Notes: generated by a model from the letters alone, not told the origin. Counted from the stretch's first letter, positions 9,927 to 18,837 are shown. The stretch: 64,000 nucleotides of DNA from Sulfuricurvum sp. (GCA_030694265.1 JAUXYP010000020.1:36862-100861); one strand, 5' to 3'. A program made the numbers and translations.

Positions 9927-9941
9927 GCTAATGATATTAGC
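9927..9941. promoter_or_regulatory. Inverted repeat GCTAAT-GAT-ATTAGC upstream of the OMP gene (Fur-box-like AT-rich hexamers)
   Basis: Perfect 6-3-6 palindrome 50-64 nt upstream of the 9877 start, followed by GATAAT at 9945-9950. Confidence 0.3.
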
Positions 9942-10042
9942 AAAGATAATATAAAAATAGTTTAAAAATAACAAAAAATGATGAATTTATCATAATTGTA
10001 TGGCTATTTTGATACAAAAGACAAATTAAAGACTTCCTTGAG

Positions 10043-10048
10043 TATAAT
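10043..10048 (+). promoter_or_regulatory. Candidate -10 box (TATAAT) for rpsB-tsf
   Basis: TTGAGTATAAT about 155 nt upstream of the rpsB ATG, implying a long 5' leader. Confidence 0.4.
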
Positions 10049-10204
10049 TCGACCGATTTTCTCTCCACTTATTTAAAAGTCGCGTGAAAAAATTCGCAAG
10101 CGAATCTAAATTTGTTCTCGTGCATCCGGTGCATCATCGGCTCTGTTTCAAGAATCGCCCAAGTAAACGAAGAACAAAATATTTTTTTTAAAAGGAGTCT
10201 TTTC

Positions 10205-10972
10205 ATGGTAACTATGAAAGATTTATTGGAGTGCGGTGTTCACTTCGGTCACCAAACACGTCGTTGGAATCCAAAAATGAAGAAATACATTTTTGGTGTT
10301 CGTAAGAACATCTATATTATTGATTTACAAAAAACATTGCGTTTTTTCCGTGCTGCATATCAGCAAGTTCTTGATGCAGCTGCTGAGGGTCAAACGGTTC
10401 TTTTCGTAGGAACTAAAAAGCAAGCACGTGTTGCGGTTCGTGATGCGGCAATCGCTTGTGGTATGCCATACGTTGACAATCGCTGGTTGGGTGGAATGTT
10501 GACAAACTTCCCAACAATCCAAAAATCAATCCGTAAACTTGACATCATTGAAGAGATGCAAGCAAATGGTCAAATGGGTCTTTTAACAAAAAAAGAAGCA
10601 TTGATGATGAATCGTCAAAAAGAGAAGCTAATCGCTTATCTTGGTGGTATTCGTCAAATGAAAACTTTACCTGACATGATGTTCGTTGTTGATGCAGTTA
10701 AAGAGCACATCGCGGTTCAAGAAGCTCGTAATCTTGGTATCCGTATCGTTGCACCTCTTGACACTAACTGTGATCCGGACGTTATTGACATTCCAATTCC
10801 TGGAAATGATGATGCGATCCGTTCAATTCAACTTTTCTGTAAAGAAATGGCAGAAGCGATCAACGAAGGTAAAGCACTTCGCAACAGCGGAAGCGATGAT
10901 GCGGCAGTAGAAGAAGCATCTGCAGAAGAAGTTTTTGAAGCGGCATCTGAAGAAGTAGCAGAGGAAGCGTAA
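10205..10972 (+). CDS. rpsB: 30S ribosomal protein S2
   Basis: [25 protein letters not shown] is the canonical S2 N-terminus, with AAAGGAG 6 nt upstream. The ORF-track TTG start at 10112 is an unsupported extension. Confidence 0.95.
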   Translation: MVTMKDLLECGVHFGHQTRRWNPKMKKYIFGVRKNIYIIDLQKTLRFFRAAYQQVLDAAAEGQTVLFVGTKKQARVAVRDAAIACGMPYVDNRWLGGMLTNFPTIQKSIRKLDIIEEMQANGQMGLLTKKEALMMNRQKEKLIAYLGGIRQMKTLPDMMFVVDAVKEHIAVQEARNLGIRIVAPLDTNCDPDVIDIPIPGNDDAIRSIQLFCKEMAEAINEGKALRNSGSDDAAVEEASAEEVFEAASEEVAEEA

Positions 10973-10974
10973 TC

Positions 10975-12042
10975 ATGGCAGATGTAACAGCAGCTATGGT
11001 AAAAGACCTCAGAGCGGCAACTGATGCCCCTATGATGGATTGTAAAAAAGCACTCACTGAGTGTGATGGCGACATGGAAAAAGCGAAAGAGTTTTTACGT
11101 GATCGCGGTATGTCACAAACTGCTAAAAAAGCGGATCGTGTAGCAGCTGAGGGACTTTTGGGTCTTAAAGTTTCTGAAACTTTTGCATCAGCTTCATTGG
11201 TAGAGATCAATTCTGAAACTGATTTCGTAGCAAAAAATGATGGATTTATGGCTCTTGTTGGAAATACAGCAGCGCATGTATTTACGACAGGTGTTAGCAC
11301 TGTAGAAGAGTTGAATGAATCAGCTTACGAAACAGGCACTTTTTCTGAGTACTTTACTTCACAAGTAGCGCGTATCGGTGAGAAAATTGTCACTCGTCGT
11401 TTTGTTACCCTTAATGCTGGCGAGCACGGTTGTGTAAACGGTTACGTTCACTCAAATGGCCGTGTAGGTGTTTTGGTAGCAATCACATGTGATTCTCAAA
11501 AAACTGCTGATGCAATGGCGCCGTTTGTAAAAAACATAGCGATGCACGCAGCTGCGATGAAACCTACTACGATGAGTTATAAAGATTTTGATGCTAAATT
11601 TGTTGAAGAAGAGACTATCGGACGCATTGAAGCTATCAAAACTGAGAATGAAGAATTTGCACGTTTGAAGAAACCTCTTAAGAACGTTCCTCAGTATATC
11701 TCTATGATGCAATTAACTCCTGAAGTTATGGCAGCTGCCGAAGAAGCGATCAAAGCTAAATTATTAGCGGATGGAAAGCCTGAAAAAATTTGGGCAAACA
11801 TCATCCCTGGTCAATTGGCTCGTTTCGTAGCAGACAATACAACTTTGGACAAAGAATTGGCCCTTTTGGATCAAAACTTTGTTATGGATGATTCATTGAC
11901 TGTTGCTCAAGCTCTTGAAAAAGAAGCTGCAGCTCATGGTGGAACCGCTCAAATCGTTGAATTTGTCAAATACGAAGTCGGTGAAGGTATTGAAAAACAA
12001 GTCAATGACTTTGCTGCAGAAGTAGCTGCACAAATGGCGTAA
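10975..12042 (+). CDS. tsf: Elongation factor Ts
   Basis: 355-aa ORF with UBA-like N-terminus ([19 protein letters not shown]) and [12 protein letters not shown] motif. It lies immediately after rpsB. Confidence 0.95.
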   Translation: MADVTAAMVKDLRAATDAPMMDCKKALTECDGDMEKAKEFLRDRGMSQTAKKADRVAAEGLLGLKVSETFASASLVEINSETDFVAKNDGFMALVGNTAAHVFTTGVSTVEELNESAYETGTFSEYFTSQVARIGEKIVTRRFVTLNAGEHGCVNGYVHSNGRVGVLVAITCDSQKTADAMAPFVKNIAMHAAAMKPTTMSYKDFDAKFVEEETIGRIEAIKTENEEFARLKKPLKNVPQYISMMQLTPEVMAAAEEAIKAKLLADGKPEKIWANIIPGQLARFVADNTTLDKELALLDQNFVMDDSLTVAQALEKEAAAHGGTAQIVEFVKYEVGEGIEKQVNDFAAEVAAQMA

Positions 12043-12046
12043 CTCT

Positions 12047-12070
12047 AAAAAAGCGATTTTTCGCTTTTTT
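12047..12070 (+). terminator. Rho-independent terminator after tsf
   Basis: AAAAAAGCGA-TTTT-TCGCTTTTTT, a perfect 10-bp stem with U-tract. Confidence 0.7.
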
Positions 12071-12097
12071 AGCCCCTCTTTTTAACCTCTTTTTCTC

Positions 12098-12103
12098 TAT
12101 AAT
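12098..12103 (+). promoter_or_regulatory. TATAAT -10 box 6 nt upstream of the ABC ATPase start codon (leaderless geometry)
   Basis: TATAAT-CTCCTT-ATG. There is no Shine-Dalgarno sequence between the terminator and the ATG. Confidence 0.4.
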
Positions 12104-12109
12104 CTCCTT

Positions 12110-12754
12110 ATGAATCTTTTAAAAGCAACCTCTTTATCACATGCCTTTGAATATCCACTCTTTGAAGATATCTCTTTGGACCTTAATTCTCAAGAATCGA
12201 TGGCTATTATTGGTGTCAGCGGGAGTGGAAAATCGACGTTGATGCATATTCTGTCTTCTATGCTGATACCCAATAAAGGCAGTGTTGAACTTTTTGGACG
12301 GGATATTTATCAATTAAATGAGAAAGAATTAGTTCATTTGCGTCGCCATGATTTAGGACTTATCTATCAAAGCCATTATCTTTTTAAGGGTTTCAGCGGC
12401 TATGAAAATCTGGAGGTAGCCGCATTGATGGCGAATCAGACTATTGACAATAAGCTGCTGGAGTCTTTAGGAATCGATAAAGTATGTCATCAAAAAGTGA
12501 CTGAACTCTCCGGTGGGCAGCAACAACGGGTGTCGATAGCACGAGTTTTATCTAAAAAGCCGCGACTTATTTTTGCAGATGAACCAACAGGAAATCTGGA
12601 TCATGCAACCGCTCAAGAAGTAATGACTATTTTCTTTGATTATCTCAAAGAACACAATGCCGGTATGATTTTGGTAACGCATGATGAATCATTAGCTTCT
12701 CAATGTAATCATATCTATCGTATGCACGATGGTGTTTTAACTAAGATTCAATAA
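12110..12754 (+). CDS. ABC transporter ATP-binding protein (LolD/MacB-type ATPase)
   Basis: Walker [10 protein letters not shown], signature LSGGQQQR, Walker B LIFADEPT. No permease gene is adjacent. Confidence 0.85.
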   Translation: MNLLKATSLSHAFEYPLFEDISLDLNSQESMAIIGVSGSGKSTLMHILSSMLIPNKGSVELFGRDIYQLNEKELVHLRRHDLGLIYQSHYLFKGFSGYENLEVAALMANQTIDNKLLESLGIDKVCHQKVTELSGGQQQRVSIARVLSKKPRLIFADEPTGNLDHATAQEVMTIFFDYLKEHNAGMILVTHDESLASQCNHIYRMHDGVLTKIQ

Positions 12755-12755
12755 T

Positions 12756-13520
12756 ATGGAATGGGCGGAACTGTTTAGCGAGGGTCGAACAGCTGCTTTT
12801 ATTTTACTTTTTGTACGATTTAGCTCTTTGTTTATGGCAGTTCCTATTTTTTCTCATGCAAATATCCCCATGTCACTAAAAGCTGCAATGGCATTTTTTT
12901 TCACGGTTATTTTTTTTGATTCTCTACCTCCGTTGCAAATACCATTAGATTCATTGACGATGACGGTTGCTATTTTGGGGGAGATGTTGTTTGGCCTTAC
13001 TGTGGGAGTTATTCTTCAGTTGGCGTATCATGTGATTACGTTTGCAGGTGGGCAAATATCCTTTATGATGGGTTTTTCTTTGGCGTCTGCTATTGATCCG
13101 CAGTCGGGTGTTTCGATGCCGATTGTAAACCAATTTTTATCACTTGTGGCATTGATGATTTTATTGGCCGCTGACTTCCATCATTGGATTATACTGTTTG
13201 CTTCAGAGTCGATTGCTACTGTTCCTTTGGGTGGATTTATGGTCACACCTGAGTTGTTTCGATACATCATGCACGGAATGATGAATATGTTTGTAGTTGG
13301 ATTTATGATCGCATTTCCTATAACCGCGCTATCTATGTTAGCAGATGTCATTTTTGGTATGTTGATGAAAACTATGCCTCAGTTTAATTTGCTGGTTATT
13401 GGTATGCCTATTAAAATCGGGGTCGCATTTATAGTACTAATGGCAACCCTAACAGCTACGATGATGATTGTCGCTTCGCAGATGCAAAGTGCCTATAATT
13501 TTTTGGAAAAGTTACTGTAA
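12756..13520 (+). CDS. fliR: Flagellar type III export apparatus protein FliR
   Basis: 254-aa polytopic membrane protein with a FliR-like N-terminus (FILLFVRFSSLFMAVPIFS). The position after tsf/ABC ATPase matches C. jejuni. Confidence 0.85.
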   Translation: MEWAELFSEGRTAAFILLFVRFSSLFMAVPIFSHANIPMSLKAAMAFFFTVIFFDSLPPLQIPLDSLTMTVAILGEMLFGLTVGVILQLAYHVITFAGGQISFMMGFSLASAIDPQSGVSMPIVNQFLSLVALMILLAADFHHWIILFASESIATVPLGGFMVTPELFRYIMHGMMNMFVVGFMIAFPITALSMLADVIFGMLMKTMPQFNLLVIGMPIKIGVAFIVLMATLTATMMIVASQMQSAYNFLEKLL

Positions 13521-13994
13521 GTAAGGTTTCGAGCGCTTTATTAATGTCGTGATCTGTTTTTGTGTTGCAAGAATAAGTGAAGGTTCATCACTGCACCATA
13601 CGTTTGAAACGTTATTGCTCAAACTTTTTTCATTAAGTGATCCCGATAGATGACAAACATGGATATTGTCGATGAGAATAAGAGTGTCAGCAAGGGCGCG
13701 TGGTGTATAGCTGAAAAGAGTTACTCTTTCATAGGCGATAAAGCTCAGAGGACTTCCTGATGGCTTAGAGACAACAAGAGTTAGATGTGTTCCGTGAGAA
13801 ATAGAGCGAAGTATGCTTTTGCTTAAGGAGGGATAATTCATTGAAGGTGTGACAATAACAATCTCTTTTTGACTATTTTTGAGGTGAGTTTGAAGATGAT
13901 GATTAAAAAGGCTCCCTTCATCCGGGAGTAAAAATGGGAAAATGTTAGCATTCGTAATGCTAATTGTAAAAAGTAGGGCTATTAGTTTTATCAT
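13512..13994 (-). CDS. Secreted PLD/Nuc-fold protein with degenerate HKD motif
   Basis: 160-aa ORF with signal peptide. It aligns to the HxK(x4)D(x6)GSxN region as ADTLILIDNIHVCHLSGSLN, so His and Lys are replaced by Ala and Thr. Confidence 0.5.
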   Translation of the reverse strand: MIKLIALLFTISITNANIFPFLLPDEGSLFNHHLQTHLKNSQKEIVIVTPSMNYPSLSKSILRSISHGTHLTLVVSKPSGSPLSFIAYERVTLFSYTPRALADTLILIDNIHVCHLSGSLNEKSLSNNVSNVWCSDEPSLILATQKQITTLIKRSKPYLQ

Positions 13995-14071
13995 TTTATT
14001 TATTTTTAGTTACAATCATATCATGTAGTGCACAATGATGCAATAGTAAAAGAAGAGAGGTTTGGCGTATA

Positions 14072-15499
14072 ATGAAAATTTTGTTGTTAAATGATAATCC
14101 GGTTGTACGCAAACTAGTAGCGTTAAGTGCGCAAAAAACAAAAGATGACTTGAGTGTTATTTGGTCTGTGGATGAAGTTGAGGGTGACTCATATGACTTG
14201 CTCATAGTTGATGATGCTCATTACAGTGATGAATCGATGACTGCTTTGAAAGGAAAAATTAAATATCGGACTTCTCTATTGATGGCTACGCGTGGAAATG
14301 CTACTCCTCATGGATTTGACAAAGTTATTAATAAGCCTTTTTTACCAACGGATTTGGTTGATTTATTTTCCCAAATCGCTAAAGATCTTTCATCATCGAC
14401 ACCAGAAGTCAGTGCAGAAAAAGCTATTGTACTGGATGACGCGATTGAAAAAGCCTCAGCAGAAGATGAAGGTTTTGATATCACCAATTTAGACGAAGAC
14501 CTAGATTTAGATGATTTTGATATCGACGATAGCGAAGTAGCAGTTAAAACAAATGTACTCGATCACGAAGAAGTTCAAGAGCTGCAAGATCTCCTGGATG
14601 ATACGGATAATTTTGATATGGACGATGAATTATCGTTGGATGGCTTAATGGAAGATGACGAGATGGCGAATTCCAATGACAGTATGAGCAATGATGATCT
14701 TCTTGAATCGTTAGACGATGATATTTTACAGGCTCTTGAAAGTGAGAGCTCGATTGGAAGCACAGAAAATGAGCTGGAAGATGCAATGGAAGAATTTGAT
14801 TTTGGTGATGAACTCATAGCTCATGAAGAGGAACCTGAAAAGGGGATCGAAGAGAGTCTTAATGACGAAGACGTATTGGGCTCTTTGGATGATTTACTGG
14901 CTTTTGATGAAGAGTTTGACGATTTAGCTGGACTGGATGACGAGGAAGAAGCCGAGTCAACAGTTGATGAAGCATTAGATGATTTGGATGCGCTTTTATT
15001 GGATGATTTAGGCACAATGGATGATGATGAAGCGTTGTCTTCTTTGGAGTTAGTAGAGGGCGCATTAAGTGATGATGAATTGGGTGAACTTGAACAACAG
15101 ATCCAAGAAGCAGTTGAAGAGCTTGGCATTGAAGATTTAGAGCAAGGATTAGATGAAGTTGAGATGGGAGAAATAGGAGATTTTGAGGGTCTTGGTGATC
15201 TTGATAGCCTAAGTGAACGAGATATAAAGCTTGCAATCGGCGAAGAAGTCGAAGAAGAGTCTGAAGTAGTTCGTGAGACGCTTGAAAAGTCCTCAATGAT
15301 TGAGCTAGATGATGAGCTTGAAACTATTGACATTGATACAGAGATAATGGGTAAATCCATAGAAGAACATCACGGGACTCCGGCTGAAGGAATGGATGCT
15401 CTTCAAGCACTTCTAAAAGCACTTTCAAACGAAGATGTCGCAAAAACGCTTAAGGGCCTTAGCATTAATATCAATATCAATTTCGGGAATGAGAAGTGA
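14072..15499 (+). CDS. Highly acidic protein with N-terminal receiver-like (CheY-fold) domain
   Basis: The N-terminal ~110 aa resemble a response-regulator receiver (LLIVDD, LMAT, KPF). The remaining ~360 aa are dominated by D/E/L. The position before gmk matches the C. jejuni highly acidic protein. Confidence 0.8.
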   Translation: MKILLLNDNPVVRKLVALSAQKTKDDLSVIWSVDEVEGDSYDLLIVDDAHYSDESMTALKGKIKYRTSLLMATRGNATPHGFDKVINKPFLPTDLVDLFSQIAKDLSSSTPEVSAEKAIVLDDAIEKASAEDEGFDITNLDEDLDLDDFDIDDSEVAVKTNVLDHEEVQELQDLLDDTDNFDMDDELSLDGLMEDDEMANSNDSMSNDDLLESLDDDILQALESESSIGSTENELEDAMEEFDFGDELIAHEEEPEKGIEESLNDEDVLGSLDDLLAFDEEFDDLAGLDDEEEAESTVDEALDDLDALLLDDLGTMDDDEALSSLELVEGALSDDELGELEQQIQEAVEELGIEDLEQGLDEVEMGEIGDFEGLGDLDSLSERDIKLAIGEEVEEESEVVRETLEKSSMIELDDELETIDIDTEIMGKSIEEHHGTPAEGMDALQALLKALSNEDVAKTLKGLSINININFGNEK

Positions 15500-16119
15500 A
15501 TCGACAAAGTGGTGCCGTCTTAGTTTTATCTGGCCCTAGCGGTGCTGGAAAAAGCTCTTTGATTAATAAGATAATAGAAGATATTGGACCAACTTATTTT
15601 TCTATTTCTACAACTACACGTCCCATGCGTGAGGGTGAAATAGACGGAGTGCACTACCATTTTGTAAGTGAAGAGGTCTTTCAAGAAGATATCGAAGCGG
15701 AGATGTTCTTGGAATATGCCGTTGTTCATGGAAATCATTATGGCACTTCATTGGGACCAGTCAAAAAAGCACTCAAAGAGGGGAAGCTTGTTATATTTGA
15801 CATCGATGTGCAAGGAAATGATGCGGTACAAAGTAGACTGGGAGATATTACAACTTCAGTATTTATCACGACACCTACGCTAAAAGAATTGAAAGAGAGG
15901 CTGACGAGCCGCTCAACTGACAGTGCTGAGGTCATCGCGAATCGTTTAGAAATGGCCAAGCGTGAAGTTCAGCGCATCAGTGAGTACGATTATTTAATTG
16001 TGAATGATGACTTAGATCGAGCAGCGGAGATTTTGGTGTCGATTGCGAAAGCGGCGCGGATGAAAATTCCAACCTTGCATATCAATGAATTTATCCAAAT
16101 GTGGGAAGCACAATGCTAG
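15496..16119 (+). CDS. gmk: Guanylate kinase
   Basis: GPSGAGKSSL P-loop, TTR..R.GE..G..Y.F motif. The GTG start overlaps the upstream stop (GTGA). Confidence 0.9.
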   Translation: MNRQSGAVLVLSGPSGAGKSSLINKIIEDIGPTYFSISTTTRPMREGEIDGVHYHFVSEEVFQEDIEAEMFLEYAVVHGNHYGTSLGPVKKALKEGKLVIFDIDVQGNDAVQSRLGDITTSVFITTPTLKELKERLTSRSTDSAEVIANRLEMAKREVQRISEYDYLIVNDDLDRAAEILVSIAKAARMKIPTLHINEFIQMWEAQC

Positions 16120-16194
16120 TCTATTTATAAGGACGATTACAGCAATGAGCCGTTATACTATCCCATTAAATTTCTTAGAGAAGGATGTCTGAAT

Positions 16195-16443
16195 ATGGCA
16201 ATGCCTAGTGGATCAGAATTACTGTTAATTTTCGGAATAGTTGTGTTGCTTTTCGGTGCGAAGAAAATCCCCGATCTTGCTAAAAGTATCGGTCAAGGAA
16301 TCCGTGGATTCAAAAAAGAGATGAAAGACGAGGATACAGCGCCACCGCCTACGGCCAATGTAACTCCTGAACCTCCAAAGCAAGTAGAAAATGTGACTAC
16401 GGTAGACGTAGAGGCCCCACAAGAAACTACCAAGCAAGCGTAA
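16195..16443 (+). CDS. tatA: Twin-arginine translocase subunit TatA/E
   Basis: 82-aa ORF with an N-terminal TM helix followed by FG..K.P......G ([24 protein letters not shown]). Confidence 0.85.
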   Translation: MAMPSGSELLLIFGIVVLLFGAKKIPDLAKSIGQGIRGFKKEMKDEDTAPPPTANVTPEPPKQVENVTTVDVEAPQETTKQA

Positions 16444-16446
16444 GTC

Positions 16447-18027
16447 TTGAAGCAAAGAGTAGCTGCGTTTTTACGCGACAAGTTAAACTATGACGTTATC
16501 CTCGAAAAGCCAAGAGATCGTTCTTTTGGCCACTTCGCCACTCCTATCGCTTTTTCCCTAGCAAAAGAACTTAGACAATCTCCTATGACCATCGCCCAAG
16601 AAATCGCCTCTTCATTCGGTGAGGACGCTATTTTTACAGCAGTTGAATCGGTTCAGGGGTACATTAACTTTCGTCTCTCTGAAACTTTTTTGGATGAGTA
16701 TGCTTCGTGGGCATTATCGCATGGGGATCAGTTTGGAAGCGGTGACAAGAAGGGATCTATTCTCTTGGAATTTGTCAGCGCTAATCCAACCGGTCCGCTA
16801 CACATCGGGCATGCGCGGGGGGCAGTTTATGGTGATACGATGCTGCGCCTTGGCCGTCATTTGGGATACGATATCACGGCAGAATATTATGTTAATGATG
16901 CGGGAAATCAGATTGATTTGCTTGGGGTCTCATTACAGCTTGAAGGGCGTAGCTCTTTATTGGGCGAGAGTGTCCAATGGCCTGAAAAATATTACCGTGG
17001 CGAATATCTGAGTGATTTAGCAAAAGAAGTTGTAAATGAATTCGGTGCGGATGCGTTACGTGATGAAAGTCGCCAAAAAGAGTTAGCGCTTTGGGCGAAA
17101 GACAAAATTTTAGCACTCATCGTGGACGATTTGGCCAGCGTTCAAGTCCATTTCGATACTTTTGTCGGTGAAGCTTCTCTGTACGATGAGTGGGATCGTG
17201 TAATGGCCAAAATGGGGGATAGTGTTTATCTAAGTGAGGGTAAAACATTGATTAAGTCTTCACAGTTTGGAGATGATCATGATCGTGTTGTCGTACGTGA
17301 AGACGGCCGGCCGACGTATCTTGCAGGGGACATTATCTATCACAATCAGAAGTTTGAACGCGGGTTTGATCACTATATCAATATCTGGGGTGCAGATCAT
17401 CACGGTTACATTGCTAGGGTCAATGCGGCGGTGAGTTTTTTAGGTTACAATCCTGATAAACTCGAAGTATTACTCTCACAAATGGTTAGTTTGCTCAAAG
17501 ATGGTGAGCCATTCAAGATGTCAAAACGTGCTGGAACCGTTATTCTGATGAGTGATGTAGTCGAAGAGATCGGTTCAGATGCCCTTCGTTTTATGTTTGC
17601 ATCCAAAAAATGTGATACGGCACTCGAATTTGACATTGAAGAGCTCAAACGTCAAGACAGCTCAAATCCTGTCTATTACGTCCAATATGCACATGCGCGT
17701 ATTCAAACTCTTATTGCAAAAAGTGAAATGGATATGGAGACTATCATGGCAGCTAAACTGCATGGCTTAAGCGCTGATGCGGATGGATTGTTATTTGAAG
17801 CGTTATTGTTGCCTGAAATTATCGACGATGCCTTTGAATCACGTCAAGCGCAAAAACTCCCTGATTATCTCAAAGCATTGGCGGCAAAGCTGCATAAATT
17901 CTACTACGATACAAAAATTATTGGGAACGAAGACGAAGCGAAGCTTTTAAAACTTCTTCTGGTTGTTGCTCTTTCTTTAAAAACAGGTTTTTCTCTTCTA
18001 GGAATTGAGGCTAAAGATCGAATGTAA
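16447..18027 (+). CDS. argS: Arginine--tRNA ligase
   Basis: 526-aa ORF with HIGH motif (SANPTGPLHIGHARG), MSKRAG (KMSKS-like) and DALRF. The TTG start lies 3 nt after the tatA stop. Confidence 0.95.
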   Translation: MKQRVAAFLRDKLNYDVILEKPRDRSFGHFATPIAFSLAKELRQSPMTIAQEIASSFGEDAIFTAVESVQGYINFRLSETFLDEYASWALSHGDQFGSGDKKGSILLEFVSANPTGPLHIGHARGAVYGDTMLRLGRHLGYDITAEYYVNDAGNQIDLLGVSLQLEGRSSLLGESVQWPEKYYRGEYLSDLAKEVVNEFGADALRDESRQKELALWAKDKILALIVDDLASVQVHFDTFVGEASLYDEWDRVMAKMGDSVYLSEGKTLIKSSQFGDDHDRVVVREDGRPTYLAGDIIYHNQKFERGFDHYINIWGADHHGYIARVNAAVSFLGYNPDKLEVLLSQMVSLLKDGEPFKMSKRAGTVILMSDVVEEIGSDALRFMFASKKCDTALEFDIEELKRQDSSNPVYYVQYAHARIQTLIAKSEMDMETIMAAKLHGLSADADGLLFEALLLPEIIDDAFESRQAQKLPDYLKALAAKLHKFYYDTKIIGNEDEAKLLKLLLVVALSLKTGFSLLGIEAKDRM

Positions 18028-18037
18028 TTCGATCTTT
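18013..18037. terminator. Hairpin spanning the argS stop codon, between convergent genes
   Basis: AAAGATCGAAT-GTA-ATTCGATCTTT, a perfect 11-bp stem. Confidence 0.6.
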
Positions 18038-18048
18038 ATTGACCCAAC

Positions 18049-18732
18049 TCACCCCAATAAACGACCAATAGATTCGCGTAAGTATTGCGTTTGATGCGCA
18101 GATGCCAACACAGATGCATCAAGTGCCCTATTACTATCTTGGAAATCACTGACCGTTTTTGCCATATCGGTATCAGCGATTTGGCTCTTTGCAGCAGAGG
18201 TTTGTGTGATTTGTTCTAATAATGTATTGGCGTGGTTGATAAAGTTATTTACAGAAGTAGTAACATCGCTTTGAGCAGATGAAAGGGCTTTCATGTAAGA
18301 AGCAATCCCTTCTTGATTATCAAGAGTAAGATTTGCTGGAGAGATACTGCTGTTTAGTAGAGGCTTTTCATTGAATGATGTTGCATTCACAATGTTTTGC
18401 ATGGACGCTTGGGTGCGCTGAAATTCATTTTGCAGTGCTTGCTGGTCGGCGCTATTGTTTCGTACGCTAAGACCATTTAATTTTTGGCTTTGATCGGCGA
18501 GCTTTGCAAGTGCGCTGTCTGCAATTTGCATCATCGCTATGTTGTCATTGTTATTCATGTACTCTTGAGAAACAGTGCTGATGTCATTTTGTATATTAGA
18601 AGTAATGCTTCGTGAAGAGCTATCCCCCATCTCCAACTGCGCTTCAGCAAGACTGATTTCCAGAGTTTTATCTCTTTTGGTATTTTGCTCATTTATCTGA
18701 GGAAGAACTTGGTACTGTGTATTGAGCTGCAT
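18049..18732 (-). CDS. flaC: FlaC-like short flagellin-family protein
   Basis: Conserved flagellin N- and C-terminal segments (MMQIADSALAKLADQSQKLNGLSVRNNSA; DMAKTVSDFQ...RLLG) without a central domain, and a size like C. jejuni FlaC. Start chosen at MQLNTQ with an AAAGGGG RBS. Confidence 0.75.
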   Translation of the reverse strand: MQLNTQYQVLPQINEQNTKRDKTLEISLAEAQLEMGDSSSRSITSNIQNDISTVSQEYMNNNDNIAMMQIADSALAKLADQSQKLNGLSVRNNSADQQALQNEFQRTQASMQNIVNATSFNEKPLLNSSISPANLTLDNQEGIASYMKALSSAQSDVTTSVNNFINHANTLLEQITQTSAAKSQIADTDMAKTVSDFQDSNRALDASVLASAHQTQYLRESIGRLLG

Positions 18733-18764
18733 GATAACCCCTTTTGGATATATCTTTATGTATG

Positions 18765-18780
18765 AGCATATCATGTTCCC
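18765..18780 (-). promoter_or_regulatory. Sigma54-type promoter candidate upstream of the flaC-like gene
   Basis: The minus strand reads GGGAACATGATATGCT. The GG and GC dinucleotides have the canonical -24/-12 spacing and the GGAAC...TGCT flavour of epsilonproteobacterial RpoN promoters, about 34 nt from the start codon. Confidence 0.4.
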
Positions 18781-18837
18781 TTTTAAGAATTTATAAGTCG
18801 TTAGCTATAATTTGATCAAGAATAACAGGAGTTTGGC

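Noticed and set aside
10112-10204. 31-codon N-terminal extension of rpsB from a TTG
   Set aside because: The canonical S2 N-terminus begins at the ATG at 10205 with a strong AAAGGAG. The extension covers the probable 5' leader.
10860-11300. 146-aa ORF antisense to the rpsB end and tsf start
   Set aside because: It overlaps two highly conserved genes on the opposite strand and has no start context or family resemblance.
14544-15360. Several long Ser-rich ORFs (80-179 aa) antisense to the acidic-protein gene
   Set aside because: The sense strand is dominated by GAN/GAA/GAT codons, whose complements rarely form stop codons, so long antisense ORFs are expected by composition. None has an RBS or recognisable motifs.
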